Positions 28,358-38,848 are shown, counted from the first letter of the stretch. The stretch is 64,000 nucleotides of DNA from an uncultured Candidatus Saccharibacteria bacterium (GCA_964425625.1 CAYRMI010000001.1:866-64865); one strand, 5' to 3'. The notes: generated by a model not told the origin, from the letters alone. Made by a program: numbers and translations.

Positions 28358-29377
28358 ATGCCGTCGTTGTTTCGCTCGCCACTTTCGCTTATTGCTACTA
28401 TTTTAACAGCTACTTTCTGTGTAGCGATAATCATTTTTTCAGTCAACGCCATAAAAGAGGAAACAGTGACGTCTACCCGTACTGATCAAGCTAGCCAAAC
28501 TGAGTCCACAGCACAAAGTTTTCCCTTAAGTGTCAATCCGATAACCAAAAAAATTGAAGAAAATCCTTTGGTTGATTGGTATGTTACACAACACTTATCA
28601 ATAGATACTAAGAAATTTAGACAAAGACGATTTATCGACCGTGTGGTTTCCGAATTAGTTCAATTATCACTCTACCAGCAACTGGCTTCACCTCTTTCCC
28701 GTACTTTAGTTATCTATCCCGGGGAAAGACGCGAGGAAGTAGTAAAACATTTTGGTGATATCTTACGTTGGAGCAATACAGAGAGAGAAGAATTTTCAAA
28801 TCTAATCACTAGTAGCGAGCCGGCTATTAGTGATGGTAAATTCTACCCAGGGAAATACACCCTACCAAAAAACAGCACCCCCGAACAAGTGGCATCATTG
28901 TTGATTAATAAATTTGCTGAAGAGATACTAGCACGCTACGACGAGAGTATAGAAGAAATCGTACCACTGAAGGACACTCTAGTAATCGCTTCACTCTTAG
29001 AGCGAGAGGCATATAATTTCGATGATATGCGCTACATTTCAGGCATCATTTGGAATCGATTATTTATCGACATGCCTTTACAACTAGATGCCACCTTGCA
29101 ATATGCCAAAGGCAACAATCCAAATGAAACAAAATGGTGGCCAAAAGTGCGACCAGTCGATAAATATATCGATTCCCCTTTTAATACCTATGAGGAAAAA
29201 GGCCTACCGCCTTCACCAATAGCCAATCCGTCTCTGGAGGCTGTTGTAGCTGCTCTAAATCCCCGCGCTACAGATTGCTTATTTTATTTTCACGATAGTG
29301 ATGGCAATTTTTACTGCTCAATCAACTACGAAGGACACGTGGCTCTACTCAAGGAGATTTACGGTCAAGGTAGATAG
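28358..29377 (+). CDS. mltG: Second MltG-family lytic transglycosylase
   Basis: DGKFYPGKY, IASLLERE, LQLDATLQY, SPFNTY..GLPPSPIANP. Confidence 0.88.
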   Translation: MPSLFRSPLSLIATILTATFCVAIIIFSVNAIKEETVTSTRTDQASQTESTAQSFPLSVNPITKKIEENPLVDWYVTQHLSIDTKKFRQRRFIDRVVSELVQLSLYQQLASPLSRTLVIYPGERREEVVKHFGDILRWSNTEREEFSNLITSSEPAISDGKFYPGKYTLPKNSTPEQVASLLINKFAEEILARYDESIEEIVPLKDTLVIASLLEREAYNFDDMRYISGIIWNRLFIDMPLQLDATLQYAKGNNPNETKWWPKVRPVDKYIDSPFNTYEEKGLPPSPIANPSLEAVVAALNPRATDCLFYFHDSDGNFYCSINYEGHVALLKEIYGQGR

Positions 29378-29378
29378 T

Positions 29379-29777
29379 TTACCAATTCAAGTAAGTAACG
29401 GTAAGTTGCAAGACGGTAGCAAAGCTAACCCATAAGAAATATGGAATATTGACGTAGGTTACCCAAGCATAGTGAGGGAAGATAAAATACAAAGCCAGAC
29501 CAAGCGTCACTAAGACCAACAGAATATCAATGGCTGCTAGAAGATTATTTTGCAAACCAAACTGAAGCGGAGTAAAAGCAAAGTTGAAGATGAGGTTGAG
29601 GATAAACGGTACTACTACGATAGGCGGAATAGAGCCTGTCCAGGCTTTGTAAAAAACGTAGCCAAAGCTGATGAAGATGATGAGATAAAGCACACTCCAG
29701 ACTGGTCCAAAAAGCCAGCTAGGTGGTGCCCAAGTCGGTTTGATTAATTCGCTATACCAATTGTACGTGTTATTCAT
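29379..29777 (-). CDS. tspO: TspO/MBR tryptophan-rich sensory protein
   Basis: WYSELIKPTWAPPSWLFGPVWSVLY, PYFLWVSFATVL; start at MNNTY. Confidence 0.92.
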   Translation of the reverse strand: MNNTYNWYSELIKPTWAPPSWLFGPVWSVLYLIIFISFGYVFYKAWTGSIPPIVVVPFILNLIFNFAFTPLQFGLQNNLLAAIDILLVLVTLGLALYFIFPHYAWVTYVNIPYFLWVSFATVLQLTVTYLNW

Positions 29778-29863
29778 ATATCTAAAGTATACCACTTTGA
29801 ACAGAGAAAAAGGCATGCGGAGCATGCCTTTTTGTTGTGTTTCCGACTAGGTCGGACCGTTTT

Positions 29864-30439
29864 TTATTTCTTCACTTTGGGTATGCACTGTGGCTTGGCC
29901 GTGTCGTATCCCGAGTGAATTAGGAGTCCGGTGTCAGACCAGACTTCAGTCCAGCTTTTGTGGCAGATCATTACACTCTGCGCCTCTGAAGCCAAGGTGC
30001 AGGTGCGCGAAAAAGTCTTACCAGAAGACGACTCCTCCCACTTGCACTCCGCTCCTTTGACTGGGGAGAGAGCTGCTGCTACTTCCTCCGGTCCCGGTGC
30101 TGGATAGCACCAGAACTGCGACCCGTTGCGGGTTGTGGTAGTCACACCATGACCACCTTGGTAACGTGATCTGTAGTATGACTGGTCGCTCGTGCATTCA
30201 CGGCGATCTTTACCTCGTCCAAGAGTGTAGGCCATCCGAGTCGTGCCTTGGTAACTGGAACTTTTGTAGCCCGACCCCTTGGACTGTTCTGATTGGTGCG
30301 ATCCACCGAGAATTTGCTTGTTCTCAGCGAAAGTAGTTCCGCCTATGACCAGGGTCCCTCCGTGCAATTCGGTGGCGCAGCCAGAGAACAGCAGAACCGA
30401 TACCAAACCGACCAGCTGAATCGAAAGACGCGTGTTCAT
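29864..30439 (-). CDS. Hypothetical lipoprotein with six further Cys
   Basis: Lipobox LFSGC; SD AGGAG; terminator at about 29807-29833. Confidence 0.65.
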   Translation of the reverse strand: MNTRLSIQLVGLVSVLLFSGCATELHGGTLVIGGTTFAENKQILGGSHQSEQSKGSGYKSSSYQGTTRMAYTLGRGKDRRECTSDQSYYRSRYQGGHGVTTTTRNGSQFWCYPAPGPEEVAAALSPVKGAECKWEESSSGKTFSRTCTLASEAQSVMICHKSWTEVWSDTGLLIHSGYDTAKPQCIPKVKK

Positions 30440-30513
30440 GTATATCTCCTAAATTTGGATGAACGTACTTTTGACACTCAGAAATGAGTATCAGCCAATT
30501 GATATAATAGCAT

Positions 30514-30550
30514 AAAACCCCTTAAAAGTCAATACTTTTAAGGGGTTTTA
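30514..30550 (-). terminator. Long hairpin after the flavodoxin-fold gene
   Basis: taaaaccccttaaaagt-caat-acttttaaggggtttta. Confidence 0.7.
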
Positions 30551-30559
30551 TAAGCTTAT

Positions 30560-31144
30560 TTAGATGGCTTTTTTACCCAATCTTTCCATGTCCTTCAACC
30601 ATTTGCCTCGGGCACTATCGTCTACTTTATCGCACGGGCCCATGAAAGATACTTCTGTTCTAATACCAGCGAACTCCAAGATACCATGCTGGATTTCGTT
30701 CCAATAATCCCCATACTTCCACCACAGCATAAACGGGCTATGGGTACCGGAAAGATTTATCACTCGAGCGGTCTTCCCTTTTAGGTGTTGCTCAATTTTT
30801 TTTGTCTCCTTGTTGAAATTAAAGGCAAACCCAGGCAACCACATCCGATCAAACAGACCTTTTAGTAAAGCTGGCATGGCGCACCACCAGTTTGGGTAAG
30901 CAATAACAATATGATCAGCCACCCTGAATTTTTCTTGTAAATCTAATAGATCTGGTTCGAGGTGTTGAATTTCTTTGTAGCCTTTGTGTAGAATCGGATC
31001 AAACTGTAAGTCACCAAGATTTACTCGCACTACTGTATGTCCAGCGTCTTCTGCTCCAGCCTGATAGTGGTCAAGCAACGTCCCGGTGAAAGTGTCTTTG
31101 TCCGGATGGCCACAGATTAAAAGAACATTTTTAGTTTTTTGCAT
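30560..31144 (-). CDS. NAD(P)H-dependent oxidoreductase (flavodoxin-like fold)
   Basis: GHP, YPNWWCAMPALLKGLFDR..PGFAF, LKGK. Confidence 0.9.
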   Translation of the reverse strand: MQKTKNVLLICGHPDKDTFTGTLLDHYQAGAEDAGHTVVRVNLGDLQFDPILHKGYKEIQHLEPDLLDLQEKFRVADHIVIAYPNWWCAMPALLKGLFDRMWLPGFAFNFNKETKKIEQHLKGKTARVINLSGTHSPFMLWWKYGDYWNEIQHGILEFAGIRTEVSFMGPCDKVDDSARGKWLKDMERLGKKAI

Positions 31145-31161
31145 ATACCACTAGTATAACG

Positions 31162-31192
31162 AACAAGCTCGTGAAATATTCACGAGCTTGTT
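31162..31192 (-). terminator. Hairpin/terminator
   Basis: aacaagctcgtgaa-ata-ttcacgagcttgtt. Confidence 0.65.
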
Positions 31193-31217
31193 GATTACTT
31201 TGACAAATTTTAATCAG

Positions 31218-31532
31218 CTACCTTCTAATTGATCCGTCGGCATTAAACTGCCCTTGCGAACCCATTTGCATTTTCATGAGCTTTTCCTTCATCTCTGGAG
31301 TCATAGCCCCCAGTATTTGCTGTTGGTATTTGGGCAAAACTTTCATCGCAGCTGACATTTGATTGTTGCCATTCTTTTTTAGCTCCTCTTGCATCTCTTT
31401 AGCTATTTTTTCAAATAAAGCTGGATCTTTCTCCAACATGGTCATAATCATTTCTTGCTGATCTGGTGGTACGTTTTTCATCTGTGATTGAAGAACTTTC
31501 TTCAATGCGAATTGTTTCAATTTTCCAAACAT
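31218..31532 (-). CDS. Met/Gln-rich helical hypothetical protein
   Basis: 104 aa ORF with TACAAT box close upstream. Confidence 0.75.
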   Translation of the reverse strand: MFGKLKQFALKKVLQSQMKNVPPDQQEMIMTMLEKDPALFEKIAKEMQEELKKNGNNQMSAAMKVLPKYQQQILGAMTPEMKEKLMKMQMGSQGQFNADGSIRR

Positions 31533-31667
31533 AATGCCAAAGATTGTAGCATATTATTAAATCCTACGTATAAATATTATCCAGATTTGGTCTAAATTCT
31601 AGATATGGACAAATTATGAATTTGTGTTATTATTCTGGCTAATTTATTACTTATTGTACAGAATTCT

Positions 31668-33212
31668 ATGTTTAAAATGATAAATAGTCTTTACCGCCAA
31701 TTCCTCTTCCCTTTCCGCTTTTATATAATAAGCGTACTTATTTTTATTGCTATAATTTCGCTACTCACGGCAAGAGATACAGAGGAAGCTATTTCAGTTG
31801 AAAGTGCAAAAATTCTTGTCGAAATAGCCACCCCGCAAGAATTATCTGGCAATCAAACGACTGAACTAATTGGTAAGGTGGCAGCCAAGACACAGGTAGA
31901 CTTACAGTCCGAGGTTTCTGGTCGCGTCACAGGAGTAAATGTAACACTTGGACAGTCTGTAAATTCTGGCCAAGTTATTGCAACACTAGAAAATGCTTCA
32001 CAAAGAGCAAGTCTCATATCAGCCGAGGGAGTATATGAAGCGGCTCAAGCGGCAGCAGCTCAAAGTAGAGTTGGGGTAGATGAGGCTCTGAACAATCTAC
32101 GTGCCACAAAAAATCGTGTTCTAAGTACCTACAAATCCGCTTACAACACTAATAGTTCAATTATAGCTACTAATATTGACCCGTTTTTTTCCAATCCCAC
32201 TGACTCAATCCCTGGATTGCGTTTGGACGGTAGAGGGTATACCAGCTTTCTAAATACTGAAAGAATAGATCTAAGGACTTCAGTGCCACAATGGTTAAAC
32301 AAAACACTTAGTGCTACTACAGAAGATAATTTACCTAAGCTATTAAGTGAAGCTTTAGGAGAAACGGAGTCTGTGCTTAGCATGGTAGATGCATTTATTT
32401 TAATTTTACAAGACCAAAAAGGATCAAGTAAGTATACTGAGGCAGAAATTCAAACTGCTCTAGCCGGATTTAATAGTGCTAGAGCAAGCTTGTCGGCTAC
32501 TTTATCCTCATTGACTGAGGTAAGCACAGCATTAGTGGCAGCGGAAGAAAGCTTAAGAAGAGCAGAAATTAGTGGGGGTAACCAGACAATTTCTAGTGCC
32601 GAAGCCCAAGTCAAACAAGCGCTAGGATCGCTTAAGGTAGCTGAAGCAAACTTGGCCAAGACAATTATACGCACTCCGATCGCAGGTGAAGTTAATTCAC
32701 TCTCAGTGAAAGCTGGTGATTTTTTGAGTATGTTTGGCCCAGTAGCAAAGATTGCCAATAATCAAGGTTTAGAAATTACAACTTTTATTGGCCAGGGAGA
32801 AAGAGACTTGCTGTCAGTCGGTAGTGAATTAATTGTCGAAGGGTCTGGTACTGGAACAGTAACTAACATATCACCAGCTATCGATTCTACCACCGGTAAA
32901 ATTGAAGTAAAAGTAGCGATTACAAACAGTAACTTACAAAACGGTGACACTGTCAGACTTTTACTAAAAAGTGATTTAGCGACAAAACCAACGACTATCC
33001 AATTACCGCTATCAGCTATAAAGTTTGATGCTGAGCAGGCCTATGTCTTTGTTGTTAAAGCTGGCGTACTTGAACGTCTTGACGTTGAGCTAGGGGCAAT
33101 TCGTGGAGACTCAGTAGTTGTCACGACTGGACTTACTCCTAGCACTGAAGTAGTTGTTGATGCCAGAGGTAAAGTAGTTGGTACCGAGGTGGAAATAATA
33201 AAAAACAACTAG
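31668..33212 (+). CDS. RND efflux periplasmic adaptor (membrane fusion) subunit
   Basis: SEVSGRV..V.LGQSV..GQVIA lipoyl half, long coiled coil, IRTPIAGEV. Confidence 0.9.
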   Translation: MFKMINSLYRQFLFPFRFYIISVLIFIAIISLLTARDTEEAISVESAKILVEIATPQELSGNQTTELIGKVAAKTQVDLQSEVSGRVTGVNVTLGQSVNSGQVIATLENASQRASLISAEGVYEAAQAAAAQSRVGVDEALNNLRATKNRVLSTYKSAYNTNSSIIATNIDPFFSNPTDSIPGLRLDGRGYTSFLNTERIDLRTSVPQWLNKTLSATTEDNLPKLLSEALGETESVLSMVDAFILILQDQKGSSKYTEAEIQTALAGFNSARASLSATLSSLTEVSTALVAAEESLRRAEISGGNQTISSAEAQVKQALGSLKVAEANLAKTIIRTPIAGEVNSLSVKAGDFLSMFGPVAKIANNQGLEITTFIGQGERDLLSVGSELIVEGSGTGTVTNISPAIDSTTGKIEVKVAITNSNLQNGDTVRLLLKSDLATKPTTIQLPLSAIKFDAEQAYVFVVKAGVLERLDVELGAIRGDSVVVTTGLTPSTEVVVDARGKVVGTEVEIIKNN

Positions 33213-33213
33213 C

Positions 33214-36200
33214 ATGTGGAATTTCTTTTTACGAAATAGTCGGTTCACGTACTTATTGATAATTTCGCTAATTAGTTTTGGCGTCTATTCAGCTATCGCT
33301 ATTCCTAAGGAGTCAGCCCCAGAGGTGGTAATACCAGTTGGTATAGTGACGACAGTATTTCCTGGCGCCCCCGCCTTAGACGTTGAGAATCTAGTCACAA
33401 ATGAGATTGAACGAACACTAAGCGGTAGTTTAAACGATGTTAAATCGATCACCTCTGTTTCGCGCGAAAGTATTTCTTCTATCACTGTAGAATTTGATGC
33501 CAATGCTGACTTAAATAAATCGATCAAAGACCTAAAGGATGCCGTCGATGCCGTTATCCCTGATTTACCTGGTGATGCCGAAGATCCACGCGTCGCCGAA
33601 GTTGATTTTGTTAATCAACCCATCGCAACTGTTTCAGTGGCTGGAAATTTGAGTGACCGAGAATTGTCTGAGGTGGCCAAACAATTGGAAAATGAACTTG
33701 AATCCCTATTGGGTATTTCCAAAGTAGACATTCAAGGGGTACGAAATCGAGAAGTGACACTTGTTGTCAACCCAACGAATTTGGCCCGCTTTAATCTAAC
33801 TGTCACTGATATTCTGCAGGGCTTAAGAAGCGCCAACAATACCTTCCCCGTTGGTCAGATTGTTACCAATGACATTTCCTACAATATTTCCTTCGTTGGC
33901 GATATAGAATCAAGTAAGGCTGTACTAAATGTCCCTATCGCCACCAGAGCTGGTCAGTCGATATATGTTAGAGATATTGCTACCGTTGATGATGGTCTAA
34001 ATCCAGCGACTTCAATTTCTCGACTGAGTATTAATGGTGAACCGTCTATGTCGGCCGCTACTTTTAGTATTTATAAACAAAGCGGTGGTGATATCACTAG
34101 AATCGCCAAATCAGTGCAACAAAAATTAACCGAACTACAAGCAGAAGGTCAGTTACTGCACAATTTGACAGTTTATACCGTACAAGATGCCGGGGCTGAT
34201 ATTGCCAAAGACTTAAAAAATCTAACGCGTTCTGGTCTGCAGACAGTCATACTAGTTATGTTAGTGCTGGTGGTTATGATTGGTTGGCGTGAAGGCTTGG
34301 TGGCTGGTTTGGCTATTCCGCTTTCGTTTACTATTGGTTTCATTGGCCTATATCTCTCCGGTAACACCATCAATTTTATTAGTTTATTTGCTCTGATTCT
34401 CGGTATTGGTGTGTTGGTGGATGCCGGTATTGTGATGGTTGAAGGCATCAATAAGTATATTGCCAACCACCCTCATGGTAATAAGCGAGAAGCCGCTAGA
34501 CACGCCGTAGTGGATTTCGCTAGTCCGATAACTTCCGGTACGCTGACTACAGTCGCAATGTTCGCTGGTTTATTTATTGTCTCCGGCGTCACCGGGCAGT
34601 TTATCTCCGGGATTCCTTTCACCTTAATCTTTGTTCTTTTTGCTTCCCTCCTCGTGGCAATTGGATTTATACCCCTTATCTCAACCTCTGTATTAAAAGG
34701 ATACACCCAACAAGAGATGGATGAGCGAAATAACTTTACCAATCGTTTAAACCGGTCCTTAGAAAATTGGTATAGAAACAAACTAACTAAGCTAGTAGGG
34801 AGTCGTCAGGGAAAGAAGTACTTCTTGACTACTATTATAGTGCTATTCTTTGTCTCCCTGGCTCTAATTCCAGCTGGATTGGTGAAGGTTGTCTTTTTTG
34901 CGCAGACTGATGCTCCACAAATTTACTTAGAAGTAGAACTTCCAGAAGGCAGTATCAAGGAATCAACTGATTTGGCAGTTCGACAAGTAGAAGAAGTACT
35001 TTATGCTAACAAAGAGATAATTGAGGCTTTTGCCGTAAACATTGGTTCTGGTAGCGCCTTTCTTGGGGGTGGGGAAAACGGAAAACTAGCTAATATAACA
35101 ATTAATCTCAAAGACGAGCGAGAGCTAACGAGTAGTGAGTTGATAAGCAAGTTGCGAACGGAATTACCTGTCTTGCCAGGCGTGGTTGTGTCTGTAGCCG
35201 AGCCAAATAATGGCCCACCCACTGGTAGCGCTATTGGTGTAAGACTATCTGGCGATGACTTGCTGTCACTAGATGCCGCAGCTAATCTAGTCGCCGCTTC
35301 GCTCAGAGATATTTCAGGAGTAACTAACGTCACGACCAGTAACACAAACAATAATACTGAATACGTCCTCACTTTAGATCAGAGCAAGACTGCGGCCGCC
35401 GGTCTAAACCCCCAAATTGTGTCCCAAACTCTGCGGGCTGCTATATACGGAACTGAAGCGATTAGCCTAACGACCCTAAGTGATGATATCCCGGTAGTGG
35501 TTAGACTTAACCTCAGTGGCCAGGATGATATTGCTCCAGGTGATACGAACCGAACCAATATCTCTACTTTGGAAAATATCTCAATTCAGAATCAAGCTGG
35601 TGACAGCATTCTTCTATCGTCGCTAGTTAATACTACTTTGCGCGAATCAAGTAGCGCTATTAATCACCGGGATCAAGAAAGAATTGTGACTGTTTCGGCT
35701 GATACAACAGAGGATGGTAACGTCTTTGAAATTAATGCCGAACTAACAAAGAAAGTTGCCGGAATGAGTAATTTTCCTAGTGATGTAACTTTTACCCTTG
35801 GTGGTGAAACTGAAGATTCAAGCCAAGCTTTTGGGGAACTATTCTTAGCGTTGGTGATTGGTCTGGTACTAATGATCGGGGTTTTGGTGTTGGAGTTTAA
35901 CTCCTTCCGATATACTGCTTATGTACTCTCTATTGTGCCTTTCTCGTTAATTGGTATCTTATTTGGCTTAGCTTTTACTGGCAGTGCTCTTTCCTTCCCT
36001 TCGATTATGGGCTTTATCGCGCTAACTGGCATCATCGTTAATAACTCGATTTTGCTAATTGATCGCATGAACGAAATGCGTAGAAAGAAACCAGATGCAT
36101 CTGTAGACAACATTGTTGTAGAGGCATCAGTTAGTCGTTTGCGACCGATTATCCTCACTTCCCTTACGACTATTGTGGGAATGATACCACTCCTATATTC

Positions 36201-36321
36201 TGATCCAATATGGATACCACTTGCTACGGCTGTTATTTTTGGCCTTTCCTTTTCTGTAGTGATCACTCTTATACTGGTGCCAATAATCTACGACCGCTGG
36301 CCTGGTAAGCTTCCTGAATAA
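33214..36321 (+). CDS. RND efflux permease (AcrB/AcrD/AcrF family)
   Basis: 1035 aa, two large loops, GVLVDAGIVMVE, GIIVNNSILLID, RLRPIILTSLTTIVGMIPL. Confidence 0.95.
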   Translation: MWNFFLRNSRFTYLLIISLISFGVYSAIAIPKESAPEVVIPVGIVTTVFPGAPALDVENLVTNEIERTLSGSLNDVKSITSVSRESISSITVEFDANADLNKSIKDLKDAVDAVIPDLPGDAEDPRVAEVDFVNQPIATVSVAGNLSDRELSEVAKQLENELESLLGISKVDIQGVRNREVTLVVNPTNLARFNLTVTDILQGLRSANNTFPVGQIVTNDISYNISFVGDIESSKAVLNVPIATRAGQSIYVRDIATVDDGLNPATSISRLSINGEPSMSAATFSIYKQSGGDITRIAKSVQQKLTELQAEGQLLHNLTVYTVQDAGADIAKDLKNLTRSGLQTVILVMLVLVVMIGWREGLVAGLAIPLSFTIGFIGLYLSGNTINFISLFALILGIGVLVDAGIVMVEGINKYIANHPHGNKREAARHAVVDFASPITSGTLTTVAMFAGLFIVSGVTGQFISGIPFTLIFVLFASLLVAIGFIPLISTSVLKGYTQQEMDERNNFTNRLNRSLENWYRNKLTKLVGSRQGKKYFLTTIIVLFFVSLALIPAGLVKVVFFAQTDAPQIYLEVELPEGSIKESTDLAVRQVEEVLYANKEIIEAFAVNIGSGSAFLGGGENGKLANITINLKDERELTSSELISKLRTELPVLPGVVVSVAEPNNGPPTGSAIGVRLSGDDLLSLDAAANLVAASLRDISGVTNVTTSNTNNNTEYVLTLDQSKTAAAGLNPQIVSQTLRAAIYGTEAISLTTLSDDIPVVVRLNLSGQDDIAPGDTNRTNISTLENISIQNQAGDSILLSSLVNTTLRESSSAINHRDQERIVTVSADTTEDGNVFEINAELTKKVAGMSNFPSDVTFTLGGETEDSSQAFGELFLALVIGLVLMIGVLVLEFNSFRYTAYVLSIVPFSLIGILFGLAFTGSALSFPSIMGFIALTGIIVNNSILLIDRMNEMRRKKPDASVDNIVVEASVSRLRPIILTSLTTIVGMIPLLYSDPIWIPLATAVIFGLSFSVVITLILVPIIYDRWPGKLPE

Positions 36322-36352
36322 AGTAATTAATAACATCAGCGTAAAAAGCGAC

Positions 36353-36862
36353 CTAAGGTCGTTTTTTCTTAAGGTGAAGCATGGCGCCATTAATCAACAA
36401 ATAAGCAAAAGCTAATTCGGCTAAATAGATAATAATGAACGTGAGCCAAGTAAAGTTGACTAACTCAAGCATGAACAGAGCGGTGCCTAAACCCAAAAGA
36501 TACCAAGTTCCGGCCTGAATAGCTGGCCCAAAAGTACTCGGCATAATTCGTTTGGTCATTAAAAAAGCGTTGAAGAATAGAACAAAGATGAGAGTGTATT
36601 GGGCCAAAATATAGTTAGTAAAATAAGATATACCCTGATCTGAGTAGCCGTAGACGGCCAAAATAGCGGTAGTGGCCAAAATGATTACCATCGCTATTCT
36701 CAGTACCACATAGGTCACTCCCATCATTCGTCTTTCGGTTTCGTCAATAGCAACATCAGCTATAGCACTAAAAAAATTAAGTACAGCCAGAGTCGATGAA
36801 CCGACACCAAGAGAAATACTCATAACTTGTAAGATACTGGCGACAATTGTGATAATTTCCAT
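36353..36862 (-). CDS. Hypothetical membrane protein (about 5 TM)
   Basis: 169 aa hydrophobic ORF. Confidence 0.75.
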   Translation of the reverse strand: MEIITIVASILQVMSISLGVGSSTLAVLNFFSAIADVAIDETERRMMGVTYVVLRIAMVIILATTAILAVYGYSDQGISYFTNYILAQYTLIFVLFFNAFLMTKRIMPSTFGPAIQAGTWYLLGLGTALFMLELVNFTWLTFIIIYLAELAFAYLLINGAMLHLKKKRP

Positions 36863-36955
36863 TGTGTTATAATAGCAAAATTAGCGACTAGTATCAGGAG
36901 GATAAGTGTAAAACCTTCTCGGTCTAGTCTGTTTATTAATGCTTTAGGCACAGTT

Positions 36956-38302
36956 ATGAATTTTGATCATCAGAAGACTATTTACCGAGATTTTGATATT
37001 AGAGGTAAATATCCCGAAGAAATTACTGACGAAGAAGTCTATAAAATAGCTAAGGCTTTAACATTACATTTTTCAGTTAAAAATGTAGCTGTCGGTTATG
37101 ATATTAGACCTTCAGCTAGCAGTTTATTCTCTGCTCTATCACGTGGTTTTATGGAAAGTGGCGTTAATGTCATAGACCTTGGTCTTTGTACTACCCCTAT
37201 GTCCTACTACATGTGTGGCTCGACTAGTGTCGACATGACTGTCATGATTACCGCTTCGCATATGCCGAGTGATTACAACGGTCTAAAAATTACTGTTGAG
37301 GATGCCAAACCAGTGACTAGTGATGTTTTACAAATTATTCGCGGTATTGTCGGCACCCACACTTTTTCTGAAGAAGTAATGCACGGCACGCTAACTACTC
37401 ATGCTTTGCAAGAGGATTGGATTAAAAAATTTAAGCAAAAGCATGATTTAGTTGGTTCCGGACTATCAGTGGTTATTGACCCAGCTAATATGATTGGTAT
37501 TTTGGAGATTGATACTTTTCGCGCCTTTGAACCAGATATAACTGTCCATACTATCTTTGATACCTATGACCACACTTGTCCAAATCATGAGGCTAACCCA
37601 ATCAAACATGAAGCCTTAGCTTCACTTGGTGAAGAGGTGGTTTGTCGTAAAGCTGATCTTGGAGTAGCCTTCGATGGTGATGCAGATCGAGTTGGATTTG
37701 TAGATGAAAACGGTCGACCAATTGCTAGTGATTTAATTGGCGCCTTGCTAGCTAGATATGTCTTGACTGAACATCCTGGCGCTACTATTGTTTGTGATAT
37801 TCGTTCCTCACGTTGTGTGGTTGAAGAAATCGAAAGATTAGGTGGTAAGGCAGTACGTGAAAAAGTTGGGCATACTCATATTCGTCATCGTATGCGCCAA
37901 GAGAATGCTGTATTAGGGATTGAGCTATCTGGCCATTTCTTTTTCAAACAATCATACTTCTCGGAAGGTGGCCCTTTACCGGCTTTTATTATTATGGAAA
38001 TCATGACTAAAGAGAAAAAGCCACTAAGTACCCTAGTCGCGGAAGTAAAAAAATATTATCAAAGCGGTGAAATTAATAGTACTATCACTCGCACTACGGC
38101 AGAAATATACACTGACTTAGAAAATGAATTTTCTGGATTAACTATAACTAGGCAGGACGGTCTCTCGATTGAAGCCAAGGATTGGTGGTGCAATGTACGA
38201 CCTTCAGCCAATGACCCGGTGATGCGATTGAATTTGGAGGCTGAGAATAAAAGCCTGATGGAAGAAAAGCGTGACGCTATACTAAAAATCATACGCGCCT
38301 AA
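36956..38302 (+). CDS. Phosphomannomutase/phosphoglucomutase
   Basis: DIRG, ITASHMP..YNGLK, FDGDADR, ELSGHFF, RPSANDP. Confidence 0.93.
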   Translation: MNFDHQKTIYRDFDIRGKYPEEITDEEVYKIAKALTLHFSVKNVAVGYDIRPSASSLFSALSRGFMESGVNVIDLGLCTTPMSYYMCGSTSVDMTVMITASHMPSDYNGLKITVEDAKPVTSDVLQIIRGIVGTHTFSEEVMHGTLTTHALQEDWIKKFKQKHDLVGSGLSVVIDPANMIGILEIDTFRAFEPDITVHTIFDTYDHTCPNHEANPIKHEALASLGEEVVCRKADLGVAFDGDADRVGFVDENGRPIASDLIGALLARYVLTEHPGATIVCDIRSSRCVVEEIERLGGKAVREKVGHTHIRHRMRQENAVLGIELSGHFFFKQSYFSEGGPLPAFIIMEIMTKEKKPLSTLVAEVKKYYQSGEINSTITRTTAEIYTDLENEFSGLTITRQDGLSIEAKDWWCNVRPSANDPVMRLNLEAENKSLMEEKRDAILKIIRA

Positions 38303-38311
38303 AAGATTAAT

Positions 38312-38463
38312 GACTCTAGGGAAATGATCGTGACGGTCACCAACGTATTTTATTTCGTTTCTCATAAAATACGTGATGCCACGGGACACACCTCACTCGC
38401 CTACTGCATCGTTCCGGCGGCTCGATTCCCACGCAAGGTGCACAGGCACCTTGCTCTAGAGCC
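38312..38463. repeat. tRNA-end-bounded structured unit, family B (copy B1, tRNA-Ala(GGC) arms)
   Basis: Arms gactctaggg / tcgattccc[25-nt hairpin]ctagag; core tgacggtcacc..acgta..tacgtg.tgcc.cgggacac.cctc shared with 40282..40453. Confidence 0.8.
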
Positions 38464-38505
38464 GACAAACAAAAAATGCGCCCGCAGGCGCTCTTTTCTG
38501 TACTC

Positions 38506-38653
38506 GTGGACTCTAGGGGAATCGGTCACTCTCGTGGATATTTCTGTTCTCCGCCGACTGGCGGATCTTATAATATCTCACTCCATCGACCCGCACTCGC
38601 GTTGGCCCTAAAGGGACCCCGAAACTGTCTTTCGATTCCCCTAGAGTCTCACA
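38506..38653. repeat. tRNA-end-bounded structured unit, family A (copy A1)
   Basis: Arms gtggactctaggggaatcg / cgattcccctagagtc are inverted copies of the tRNA-Ala(GGC) 3' end; 34 nt identical to A2. Confidence 0.85.
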
Positions 38654-38677
38654 AACGGCAACGACCGTGAAGCTATC

Positions 38678-38806
38678 GGGGGAATCGGTCACTCTCGTGG
38701 ATATTTCTGTTCGCTTCGCTCCAAAAATACCTCACTCGCTCGACCCCCACTCGCGTCGGCCCAGAGGGGCCCCGACGCTTCGGTTCGATTCCCCTAGAGT
38801 CTCACA
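38678..38806. repeat. tRNA-end-bounded structured unit, family A (copy A2)
   Basis: ggggaatcggtcactctcgtggatatttctgttc ... ggttcgattcccctagagtctcacaa. Confidence 0.85.
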
Positions 38807-38848
38807 ATGACAAACGACCACGACACTTTGTGTCGTGGTCGGTCATTG

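Noticed and set aside
38324-38670. ORFs 38324..38611 and 38476..38670
   Set aside because: They lie wholly within the structured tRNA-linked units and have no protein-like features.
38506-38806. Additional or intron-containing tRNA genes on the plus strand
   Set aside because: The units have a T-loop and acceptor 3' strand but no recognisable D-arm or anticodon arm.
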